DNA of 63,571 bases, filler included, from Conidiobolus incongruus B7586 (lineage: Eukaryota): NCBI GenBank assembly GCA_000697335.1. It is 6 parts of 6 records of this genome, joined end to end, with 100 filler letters (N's around TTAATTAATTAA, not from the genome) between each part and the next. Parts side by side here need not be neighbours in the genome. Positions count along the whole stretch, not along the records: positions 30,659 to 52,460 come from JNEM01006167.1; 5 more parts are not named here. One strand, written 5' to 3'. The notes beneath the pieces are model-generated. The model was not told the DNA's origin. It saw nothing but the letters and a program-made list of their open reading frames with translations, and did not search any database. Below, piece after piece: positions 38,437 to 51,158 of this stretch; the first letter of the stretch is position 1, and every line of letters begins with the position of its first letter. A program made the translations under genes and the position numbers.

Positions 38437-41400
38437 TTTAATTCTCCATCGGAGATATCATTGTCACTATCATGGGTTTATTACTAATAATCCAAATAGT
38501 TTTATCCACATAGGAGGCACTATAGGCTGGTTCAAAAGTTGAGAACAATTTTTGAAAATGCACACATCATACTCCTTATATTTGTAAAATCAAGTTTATT
38601 TTATTAAGAATGGATCAGGAATTTTGACGCAGAATGTATTGGTGCAATATTGAATAGACTTCAAGTTAACAGAATTCTAATATGTGGATTATTTTACCAG
38701 TATAATGTTTCTATGCTGAATAATACTCTGTTAGCTTATTGTTTATTATCCACTTGTTATTGAGCTGTCTTTGGAGTATAAATTGGTAAATAGAAGCTTT
38801 AAATCAATAGCATAAATTCAAATTGATATTTGTGACATTGCCACTCTAAAACACTTGATCATATATAGTCATCAAATATAAGATATTCAGTTAAGTATGA
38901 AATTGTATTAATTGATTTAATAATTGAATCTGTTACATTTTAATATTCATTTAGTACTTTATAAATATTTCATATACACATATATACATACATACACATA
39001 TATATTTGATGTTAATTAGTGAATTCACTCAAATTGAATATTAAGACTACGGAAAAGATATGGTGACTCCAGTCTGGGTAGCTATGATTTTGAGTGTAAA
39101 TAAATAGTAATATATTCATTATCTTTAATAGATTCAATAAGGGCTTAATCATATATAATATCATTACATATCAGATAAAAGTATAATATACAAATAATTT
39201 AATGATCCATTTCTGATTAGAATCTATTTATATTTTAATATAATTAATACGACTATTATAGTCCATTTAATATTAAGTTCTCATTTTTATAGTAAACTAG
39301 AAATAATTTATAATTTGAAAACTTTTGAGAGTTTGATGATTTTACTCAAACAATAAGGATTTTATATATATGTGAATATAAATCAATAAGTAACATTAAA
39401 TTTTATATGTTCTTTTTCATAATACATTTGAATCTAATTATTAATATTTCAGTTAAATAATATGTTTAATAATGATATTTTTGTTTGAAAATTCTAAGAT
39501 TGTTATTTATATTATAATAATGATTTACTTTTTATAAAATAATTTTTAAATATTTTCATTTAAATTAAAAATAAATTTCTTAAAATAAAATTTTTTATAA
39601 ATATTTTATTAAATCTATAATTATGGAAATTATTAAATATATAACTTTACATAGATAATAAACGATATATTATACTATTTTTACTATTTCAAGTTAGGTT
39701 TTTAATTCCATTTTTATTAAAATCAAATTTTAATTTAATAATAACTGAAAAATACTGGTTAAAGACTAGATATGAACCAATAGTAACTGGATATGTTATA
39801 AGCTCAATATTTTCATCCTATTAAACTCAAGGGTGTTCCAGCATTATCAAATCGATTAGAATATAAATACATTAATCAAAGAGTTTCCTTGAAATATATA
39901 TATAAATATGGTATGGATGTTAAATCTACCAAATTTTGAATAATATTATTAAAAATTATAACACAATAGATATAGGGACTTTTTCCATAAAAAGAAAGTC
40001 CACTAAATCATCATTATTGGATAGTTGTGGAAAATAATTAATAGAACCAACTAATGCAAGTATTAGCTATATACATCAAAATATAATCTATTTAGATTGA
40101 CGTCAATTTATTAAGCCACGACACTGATTGTATTTTAATTATTTTCAAATCTACAGGATACTTAAGCACATATTAATCATATGAAGATTAATTCCAATTG
40201 TTTAATTAGTAATTATATTCTTAAACAAAGTATTCTATATTTGAGTAAAAATTAAATAAAAAATTTTTAATTTAATCTTATTTTTTTTAAAAAGAATATT
40301 TGATGCTAAAAGGGATTGGTTGTTTTAATTTTATTTTTATATTAATATTATACTTATAATTAAACTTCTCTAAAGTCATTTAAATTTGATCACCCATGTC
40401 CAAATCTTGCATAGAATTCAGAGGCCCCAAAGTGGGCAACTCTTAACCCCAATCCTAGATAATTGGCTTAATTCATTATTAGATAACGAAGGAGTATTTT
40501 TTAACAATACTCATTTCATGATCTATTTTTATATGATATCGTTGGTATTTTACAGTCTTTCTTGATACAAGTTGAGTATATTCATGTCCACAATTATTGT
40601 ATGATTTGCTTTTATATTTCTCCCAATATACTGGCTAGCTTTTTTCACTATAAGTTCAGTCTAATTCGAATTGCTAAATAATATAGTATTAGTTGCTGAA
40701 AAAAATAGTCAATTTTTTATGGATTTTATCTACAAGCTTATTATTGTCTTTAGTTTTCTTATTCAATAGTATTTTTTAATAAATTACTATTTAAGACCAT
40801 TTGTTTTATAACTTGCTATAAGTGCTATAAAATAATAGCCTTTTTCAATATATTGTTTTTATATTCAATATATATGTTAAAAAATCACCTACTAAGAATC
40901 TTTTATATTAAGATCAAATGTAAAATTTTTTTCATTCTATGTTATTTAAAAGCTTAGTTATTGTATTTAATTTAAAAGCCATTAAAATATAAAAGTCAAA
41001 TATGCTAAGTTTTGTCCTTTATAACTAATATTAATAATAATTTAAATTTTAAAAAATATGATTTTATTCATTTGAATTAAATTTTTTTAACCCTGTTTTA
41101 TTTTATTTTGATATTCAAAGTAATAAAATTGTATTTTATTATTTTTTAAAGTAATATAGAGTAAGAATAAAAGAATTTTTATTATTATTACTATTAATCA
41201 AAATTTAATATAATCGATAAGCTTAAAATTGAATGAAATTACCAATTAAGTTTTTATATTGTTTAATGTTATAAATATTAAATTTGATTATTTCAAAATC
41301 GTTAATATTTATATATATTATATTTTAATATTTAGTTGAATTATTTTTATTAGATTTAAAATAACAATCATAAAGTAAATATCTTATTATTATCAATCAA

Positions 41401-42138
41401 ATATTAACAAAGTATTTATGTTACAAATAATAATTTATCTAAACCTTGATTGTAAACTGATAGATATACTCAGGGTTAATGTAAATTTTGAGAAGATTAT
41501 AAATTTAATTAAATATTGAATATATATTTGAAATGTATTAATTAAAATCATATCTATTATTAAAAACTAATTTAGAAAGTGTTTAATGAATATAATCAAG
41601 TTGAAAGTAAAACTTTATTAACTGAATTCAATATAATAACTAATTAATCATAATTTCATTTTGTTAGATATTGTTAAAATTTTTATTATTTAATATTTAA
41701 TTAATTATGATGATATAAAATTTATTACGAAATTTATAATAGAAATTTAAAAAAAAATTTCACTTATATTAATGTAATTTTCATTTATGTTTGGGCTATA
41801 TTAATATGTAGTAATTTTATACGTTCATATATTTACAAGTTGGATGGCGTAATAATGAGATATTTAAAATGTATGAAAATATGATGATTGAACAAATTTT
41901 ATAATCACACATATTGATTATAAAAATGATTATAAATATTTCTTGATTGTATCTCAATAAATTATTAGAATAAAATTTGATATATAAAAATTAAAAACGC
42001 GATAGTTAGTGAAATACTATATAATGAGGCAGTATTTATTTCAATATAATAATAAATGCACTATTGATGACTTAATAATACAACATGTTGAATATTGTCA
42101 AATTGTTACCATTACAAGTTGGATGATTAGAGGAGGGT

Positions 42139-45100
42139 TTAGGATTTATTAATTCGTTTCCATTCGTCTTTAACTTCGCGGTCAATGAGTTGTTTCTCAT
42201 TGTCAGTGAGCTCAAAATTGTGAACTGTTGGCTCATCTCTGTGGAAAGTACAGGATTCAATAAGGTAGTTATATTTTTTGATGATTTTTTGGAGAATGGA
42301 ATCTGAAGTGTCTAAATTGGATTCTCCACTATTACGGTAATCGGGTACTTTAAAATATTTCTTCATTTCTGTCTGATCAAGTGCCAGATCACCATTTCTG
42401 GAATCAAGAGTTCTTAAGATTAAATTATGCTTATGTTCATTGAGTGAAGTGAGACGCGATTCCCATGTGTCATAAGTGAAGAGACGGTAAACTATAATTT
42501 CTTTTGTTTGTCCAATACGATAAGAACGTGCAATAGCTTGATCATCCACAATAGGATTCCAACCCACGTCATAGATAATTACTCGAGTTGCTCTCGTTAC
42601 GGTAAATCCAACTCCTCCAACGTTGACTGAAGCTAATAAAATCTGATGCTCACTCTCATTGTTAAATCTGTTAATCATTTCTTGTCGATCTTCAATAGGA
42701 GTAGAGCCAGTTAGTAATAGTATCCTTGAATTAGTGAAAATTTGTAACCATCGTTCTATGGCCTTCAAGGCTTTGATTTGTCTTGAAAATATAATGGTTT
42801 TTTCGTCTTTTAGCAAGATTTCCTGAATTAATTCTGTCAAAATAAAAAATTTAGGATTGTTCATAATATCGGAATGAGAATTAGATAGATTCCCAATTTG
42901 TCTCAAGAGGTTCAAGGAGTGTTGTGACAGAGTGAGATTATGGTTATTTGCGGTTACTTCAACGGATAATGAATCATTATCACCATCTTCAAGCGTAGTT
43001 GTTACAAGATTCAATTCCTTATGGATTGGTAAATTACAAATAGTTAGTAGCAGATTACCTCTTTCAAAAAATTTAACATCTTTTAATTCAGTTGCCATTT
43101 TACTAATATACTCAAGATATAATTGATATTGTATTTTCGATAAATAACAACATATGGCATATTCATGCTTAGTAGGTATTTGATCACGAATTACATCTGA
43201 GTTGAATCTTTGCACAATTGGTTGCACCATTTTTGTCAATTTATATAACTTTTTATCACTTTCTTTCTTATGTGGAGAATTTAAATTTTCATACAATCCA
43301 CGTAAAATGGGAATTTGATATTCACAGTTAAATTCCTGTAAAGTACCAAAAATATTGTTCTTAACAAACTTGGACATGCACCAATATTCAGAAAGACGAT
43401 TTTGAATGGGGAATCCTGTAAGCATGATTCTTCCATCCGTTTTAAATTGTCTGGCGAGACTGGTAGTCATACTTTCAGCATCTTTGAGAATATGGGCCTC
43501 ATCTGCGATAACTAAAGAAGCACCAGGATTATCAAGAATAAGAGCTTTGAATCGTTGCTCTTCAAAATCTTCGCTATTAAGACATTGTCTAAGTATTCCA
43601 TAACTCATAATAACAATGCCGCCATTGTTAGTCCAATCTTGAAGTCTAAAGATTCTCGTATGGGGCAGAGAATCACCTAAAGAGGTGGGAATTGGTATAT
43701 GAACAAAACGATTTCTGCATGAGATTTCAAAATTCGCCCATTTGTTGAACTCATCCATCCAATTCTGTTGCAATGAAGAAGGTGTCAAAATTATAATTTT
43801 GAATGGTAGCAGATGTTTAGGGATGATCTTGGGATGATTATTAATATAATATTTTAAGGTGTTAAGGAATGTATAAACTTGTCCTGTTTTTCCTAAACCC
43901 ATCGCATGTGCTAATATTCCTCCATGTTCTTGTTCAACCACAGTTTTCCAAAGGAATTTAACTCCCTCAATTTGATGTGGTTGTAGATCTAAAGCAAGCG
44001 ATTTTATAGATATCAAAGTATTTTGAAAATCAGATATCGGTGGAATTATTTGAACATCTTGTCGAAAAAATTCATTTAAATTTGTATCATTTTGCTCATT
44101 AGATAAAGATGTCCTGCGTAACGAAGTTCTTGAAGTTCTTTTGATATCCTTAAATGAAAGTGGTGGGCGAGTAGATTTATTTACACTAGGTTGATTCAAA
44201 GAATTATTTCTATTGAGCCGATCAAATAAAGTGGGTGCACTATTGAATGAGTTAGATGAATTAGGTGGAATATTAGAAGAATGATTAGTCGGATTTGAAT
44301 TCAATTGTGAAAAAGTTTGAGGTTCGTCTCTTGTATTCCTAATATCACGGAAGTTTTTAATCATTCTGTCGTGTTTCGGTTCATAACTATCATATCGAGA
44401 TCTAAGATCACGAGAGTATTCAGAAGATCTTGATTGACTCCTTGAATATTTATCATTTCGATGTCTAGAATCATGATAATAATCAGAAGATCTATCTCTA
44501 GCAATTGGGGGTCTATCATCTCGAGATCTGCTATGCTCGCTGTAGCTAAACGATCTTTCGCGAGTGCTTGAGGACCTAGTATTTTGAGATTTAGAATAAT
44601 CATAATAATCTAATGATCTATCTCGACTCATTTGACGTCCAGTGCTACGAGATCTGGAATCATCATGATAATCAGAAGATTTTTCCCTATTTCTATTGTA
44701 ATTAACTGTTTGAGTGTTGGAGTTTTCATAAAACCCTGGTGATCTAGTTCTATTTCTACCGTAATTATTTGTTCGAGGTTTGCTATCTTCATAAAATCCA
44801 GGAGTACTTCCTCGACTTATTCTATGAGTTTCACTTTGTCCTCTTAAATCTTGATAAAAGTCTGTAGAATTTCCTCTATCTCTTCCGGCCATGTCACTTA
44901 AACATCTATTTTCTTGCGAATGAGTAGACGATCGATCCCAGTTACTAGAAGGAATTTGCTGCTCTACTTGGGAAGTGCTATTCTGAATACCATGAATAGT
45001 AGGAGAAGCAATCTCTGGTGAACGCACAAGTGGAGGGTCTTCATCAAACGATTCCGTAGCAGAAATATTGCGTGATTGAATGTCATCCTATTAAAAAAAA

Positions 45101-47060
45101 TCAACTTACTGAAAAAATTAATAATTAAATCAGATATTACATGTGGAGTCGATCCTTGACTATTTGATACGTGGTCCCAGTGAGATGCGGTATATCTTTG
45201 TCGAGCTTGTCGAGTACTTGGAAGTACCAATTTTGATTCATCTGTATCATCATTAGTACCATCATCTTGATATGCTTGAATTGGTTCAGGAGGATCACAA
45301 AGGATATTATGAATTTTAAGAAATTGAACTGCCAAATCTTTAATTCCAGGATTCTTTAAGTCAAGATGATAGCCGCGCTTTTCTAAATTGTCCATAGCAT
45401 TCTTGAATAGTGCTTCCTCATACACAGGAGTTGAGGAGATATACAACAGCTCATCAGCATCTAATTCACTCCAACCATTATTTGATATTGATTTATAATT
45501 TTGGGTGCTAAAAATTAATTATAGTGAGAAAATATAAAAAATTTTAGTAGAACTTACTGTGATGCAATTTGATTTTCGTTAAGTTTTGGAATTTTAGCAT
45601 ATGAAATTGGTTCAGGACCTTGAATTAAATCATTAATCCAAACTAATTTGTCATATTTTTCGAGATTTTCTAAGAGGAATTTTAACAATTCTGTATAATC
45701 TGGTTCATCCAAAATAGATTGGAACATAAAAATAAGAGTAGGTAATATTACGTCGTTGTACATAGAATAAATAGATTGGTTCAAATAGCTTTTTTTGGAA
45801 CTAAATTGGTGATAAATAGTGTATGAATCTTGTACAAAAGATGGTTTTGTTATAGTATTCCATTCTTCTTGGAATTTACTAACGGAATTATAAATATCAT
45901 CAAGTTGATGAATTTGTGGAGCCATGTTTCGTGATAAAGAATCGTTATCAAGTTCGCTAGTTTCCAATAACTGATTTTCAATTTCCTCTGCTTTTAATGG
46001 AATTGTAGAGATGGTGGTTTGTGTGGTTGATTTCGGAGCGTTAGTAATAAGATTTCTAAGAGTCTCAATTTGATTATATTGAGAGATTAGTTGCTGAGAA
46101 GATTGTTGGAATGTTTTCCTATTGACACTGGGAGTAATTACATCTCCTTCAGCTTCAGGTTGCAGTTGATTGACGTGAGACTGTGTATTTTGTTCAGCTT
46201 TCGAAATATCGGAAAAGCTTTTTGGGTCAGGCTCCTCAGATAGAGACAAGGGTAGCTTCTTATTATCAAGTGAAAGGATAGGTACACTACAATCTGAAAA
46301 ATCGGAGAGAGGCATAACTGAAGAACCGTTTTTCAAAATGACATGAGTATGTGATATTGAATTATGAGGATGAGAGGTGGATTGAGTAACTGGAGGCTGA
46401 CTCATTGGGATATTGGTAGATTTGGGTAAGCAAGTTTGGTTTTGAGGTACTTGCGTAGAAATCTGAGCTACAAGATTTTGCTGAATTTGAGATTGTTCCT
46501 CAGGATGATGTGCTTGGGAGGTGTCAAAAGCTTGGGCACTGGGAGATAAGTCAATTTCTTGATTATTATTATTATTATCGGTGTTAGCACTGACCATTTG
46601 CGGCTATATAAGTTAATGGATAAGAATTGGCAAATCAAAACATGAAAATATCAATTACTGAAAGTTGAAAAGGGAAAGTATGCTTATCATTATTAGAAGT
46701 AGTTTCACTTTGAGCTATAAAAAATATAGTTAATTTTAATGAAAATGAAAATTATATAATAATACATTTTGCTACTAATTCTTTAACCAGCTTGGAAATT
46801 TTTAATACCGGTCCCAAAGGTGCTATACCAATTTCTTTGAGAGTTGGTACGTCAAGTTCGGAAAGCGTCGTGCCATCAATTTCTTGTTCTAAAATATATT
46901 AACATGGTTAATATAATCGATAACTAGTTTATGACTAAATATTACCTTTAATAATATTGACTTTTTCGGCAGGAATGGAGTTAAGGAGCAACCAGTTGGC
47001 AACGTCTTCGACACTCCAATCATTTAAGTCAAGATTTTGTAAATTTTCTGGGATTTTCAT
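42139..47060 (-). CDS. SAM-domain plus ATRX/ARIP4-like SNF2 ATPase, six exons, about 1551 aa
   Basis: Manual model, exons 47060-46946, 46888-46766, 46714-46659, 46603-45558, 45507-45141 and 45087-42139. All introns are short and GT-AG, the frame is preserved, and the exons total 4656 nt. Exons 1-2 encode DWSVEDVANWL...EQEIDGTTLSELDVPTLKEIGIAPLGPVLKI (SAM consensus). The last exon has LQPHQIEGVKFLW, GGILAHAMGLGKT, DEAH, LTGFPIQN and WNPIVDDQAIARSYRIGQ. Confidence 0.88.
44374..44940 (-). repeat. Coding tandem repeat: 8-9 diverged 63-bp (21-aa) Arg/Ser/Tyr/Asp units
   Basis: Units in exact 21-aa register: RGNSTDFYQD.., RGSTPGFYED.., RTRSPGFYEN.., REKSSDYHDD.., RDRSLDYYDY.., RERSFSYSEH.., RDRSSDYYHD.., QSRSSEYSRD.., preceded by a degenerate WDRSSTHSQE.. 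Confidence 0.85.
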
Positions 47061-50000
47061 TCGATAAATTCAATAATAAATAATATATTACAAACTTTTT
47101 ATACTTCCCTTTGAATTATTTTTGTAAAAGGGGATTGATATCGAAAATGACAGAGATGTTGATTAGTTAAACTAGTTCTTTTGAATTTTATTATTATGGG
47201 TTCGTGACAGGATTATTAATTGGCTATCTAAACTCAAATCGAATTAACAATTTAGATTCAACTTGATTTTAATTTCAATCTTCTAGTCATCTGATTTTAT
47301 TAGTACTATAATAAGCCAATAGTTTTTGGAGATTTTAAAATCTTGTGAATCATTTTTAAAGAATAATCGCGTCAAGAACAATTCACGAATTTGAACAAAA
47401 AATTATTTTAATTGAAAATTTAATTAAATTATATTAATTTTGGGATATATATTATTGAACTGTTCATATTATATTAATACACTAAAGATTTTATAAAAGT
47501 AGATATCATTTCAATTGATATCATATTTTTTTTTATATCAAATTGTATTGAACGATAACTCTAACAATATTAAGATTATAGTCTATATATACATATCATT
47601 TGTTTAATTTTAATTAATATCAATATTAATTACCAATAAAAATAACCAAAAACTAATGGTTTTGATTGAATTATAATTTTGTTTATATATTATATTAATT
47701 AATTTGAAAGATATTGTTAAATTGTAGTTTAATATATAACTAATATATTTTTATAGCAGTTTAGATAATAGAAGAATGCTGAGATAATTGTTTATTATCA
47801 AAAGCATTTGTGTTCATAAAATTTATAAACAATATATATAACAGTATAATTTATATTTATGAATAATTCTAGGATACCTCTACATAACTAAATCTATTTG
47901 AATGCTATACAAATGACTAAATTTATCATATATACTAATTTTAAATACATATCCTCACAATTGGTTTTAATTGGATTTATTATTAAATATTATATTAATT
48001 AATAATTTGTATTCACATGTTTTAATATATTAATATTTATAATTTATTTTAAATTAAAAATTAATATTTAATAGGATTCAAAAATTGAAAAAAAAATTAA
48101 CAATTTTGATTTATTTATTTGTAAAGGAGTTAATTCATTATTATTATTATTATTATTATTATTTTATATTGATATTTAATTTAATTTGCACTAAAATATC
48201 AATTTAAAATAAAGTCTCATTATTTTTAATATTACAATATAAAATTTTTATTAATAGCAAAGTGTAATTGTTAGTAACTTGGGAGAAGCGAATGACGTTA
48301 TTGATTTAGATGAGTATAAGTGATGTCTCTTTATTTAAGTTTATATCAGTCCATCATATACGAAAGCTATGGTGGCTTATATCGTTACGTCAGTTATGTA
48401 GGTATCTGCATGTTATATTACTTTCAAGTCACGTGTGGATAAATGCAGCAGAAGGGTTACAAAAGTACATTCAATCGTTCAACAAAGTGGTTGGCTGATC
48501 ACAAGTGGTTAAGAGAAATTAAAAAAATTTGAAATTTTTATATTGATTTTAATGGATTTAATGAAAATATATTAATTTTTTAAATATATGATTTATTCAT
48601 GGATATTAATCATATCACAATAAACTATTTGAAAATTAATTTTTTTACTTTAGATTTATGAAATTAATAAACCATATTAAATTTCACTCAATTTCCATTA
48701 ATCAAATTTAATTTACTTCGCTAATAATACATATAACAAAATATAATAAACTAATAAATCAAAATTATATTTCTAGTATCAATAAATAATCAATATCATT
48801 ATTACTTAGTATTTTATTTTATATAATTTTACTTGATTAATTATTAATTATTTTAAATATTAAAAAAATGATAAATTATTTTCACTATATTTATAATAAA
48901 AAAATAAATTTATATAGAGGAAATTATTGATAAGCTTTTATTATTTAAGTCCTAAATATGTCAATATGTTAATATGTTAACATAGGTTATAAAATAAGAT
49001 TTACTTTTTTGGAGGATGCAAATTGATATCTTTTATAGATTGTATCATGATTTTGGATATAAATATTAATTTAAATATATATAATTGAATTATTTTTAAG
49101 TTATATCCGGCTAATATTTCAATAAATAAAATTTATTTAATATGGATTATCATTAGTATATGTTCATATATAATTTGATAATATAGTTTGGTATATTTAG
49201 CTTATAAATTATATTTTTTAATTTTTAAATTTATATGTATTATACTAATATCATTGTGATTTTGACATATTCATCAAATAATTTATTTATAATCACAATA
49301 ATATATCAAAAATTGACTTTTTAAATTTTAATTAATTTTAATATTATTTATTCATAATTAATAAAATATAAATATTTAAATAATTAAATACTTATATTTC
49401 ACCAAGTTATACCTAATAAAAATAAAGTGGTTAACTTTGAAAATAATATAAATCCTATGAATATATATATATACATGAGTAGTTGAAAAGTACGATTTTA
49501 TTGAATCTTACTATATTTTGTATATTATATTTGTATTTGTTATTAAACAATTGTCCAATATTCTTTAAATATACTATATTAATCTTATATTACTTAATTA
49601 TTTTATTTTTAATAAATTTATTAAAACTTTTGATAAGATTAATTTTAAATTTTAATTTGATTTCACTAATATATATGATATTTTATTCATTAAAAAAGTG
49701 ATATTTCTGGGATTATGCTAACATTGAATAAACAAAAATATTAAATAATATTGATTAAACTTATCAAATCTATATTATTTTATGAAATAATAATCTATAC
49801 GCTACTATTAATATCAACATTATTGAATCCAAAATTTTAGTATGAAGATATGAATATACCGATGATATATTTTAATACAAATCGTTTTCAATATTAACTA
49901 CCTCAAAAATAATAGTTGAGTCAAACTTTGATATAAAATTAATACTTGATTAGCTTTAATCGTTAGGAAATCATTCTAAGCTGATATATAAAATAATTAT

Positions 50001-50517
50001 GATCAACAATATTATTGATTGAAAATTTGTATATGATTATGGAGGAAATTTAATAATTTAATTATAATTTTTAATATTATTATAGTTTCAAGATAAATTA
50101 AAATATTATCATAGTGAAACTTAATATATACACATATATTAGATATTTTGAATTATATTAATATAATCAAAATTTTTCAAAACTAATTTATTATTTGAAC
50201 TAACATTTTAAAAAAATCAAAATAATTATTATCTTTAATATGAATGTTCAAATTTTGTTTATATATATATATTAAATATTAGCTAAAAAAATTAAATAAT
50301 AAAAAATATTTATTTTATATTCTTATACAAATAATAAAAGAATCTAAAATGAATATAATTTAATACTTTGGAAATGGTTAAATGAATGTTTTAAGGTGTA
50401 AATAAATATTACCAATAAAAGATGAATATTATATTGAAATTAAATAATATTTAAAGAACTATAAATTATAACATTTTGGATAAATTAATGAAATATTAAT
50501 AATAGACTAAAAAATCT

Positions 50518-50590
50518 CACCCAACGTGGGGGTCGAACCCACAACCTTGAGATTAAGAGTCTCACGCTCTACCGATTGAGCTAGCCGGGC
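50518..50590 (-). tRNA. tRNA-Lys (anticodon CTT), intronless
   Basis: Minus strand reads GCCCGGCTAGCTCAATCGGTAGAGCGTGAGACTCTTAATCTCAAGGTTGTGGGTTCGACCCCCACGTTGGGTG, followed by a T6 terminator (plus-strand A run 50509-50514). Confidence 0.97.
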
Positions 50591-50600
50591 TTAATTGCCG

Positions 50601-51158
50601 TGTGACGATTGCTACCTAATTGATACCTTTACCTACTCCAATTCACTATTAAGTACCTGATTGACCAAATTAGGCCTTATCAACATTTTACCAGTCCACG
50701 TCTGAGTGGCCTCACTGTTACTCATCCGTGCATACCTATGCCTATATATTTCCCTTAAGTATAAGAAGGGCTCGTCTCCTTTTCTTGACCTCTCTCTCTT
50801 ACTTTACTTTCTTACATTAATAAACCTTTTGCCTACATCCAAAGCCAACCCTTTTTGTATACTCAAGTAACTGCTTATAGTTCCACTTGAGTCATTTTAC
50901 ACTAATCCTTCTAAACCCGTTCCTATTGACATTTCTTGATTCCATCTTCTTAGCATGTCGGATCCTAACGCCGCCACTGTTGCTGCTGGTCTAGTCGCTC
51001 TTTACAAAGCCCCATTTACAAGTGATCAAGGCTGAATAGCCAGAGACCTGATCATCGGTAGTTTACCCCAGTTGGTAGGTATCATGTTTCACAATCTGGC
51101 CTACAGAATGACTGTGTCAGTGTCTTCAATGACGCTCCAAGAGCTAATAACCGTGACA
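50601..51158 (+). mobile_element. Solo LTR (558 bp), Ty3/gypsy-like termini
   Basis: GC-richer block with sharp edges. Begins TGTGACG and ends CGTGACA (6/7 inverted match, TG..CA). Flanks TGCCG and AGCCG form a 5-bp TSD with one mismatch. Internal TATAAGA at about 50760, a pyrimidine tract, and AATAAA at about 50819. Confidence 0.75.

Noticed and set aside
37900..38700. ORF MCLHWLYINC and hydrophobic stop-interrupted frames in the repeat arm
   Set aside because: May be a decayed membrane-protein gene, but no family is recognisable and the frames are broken.
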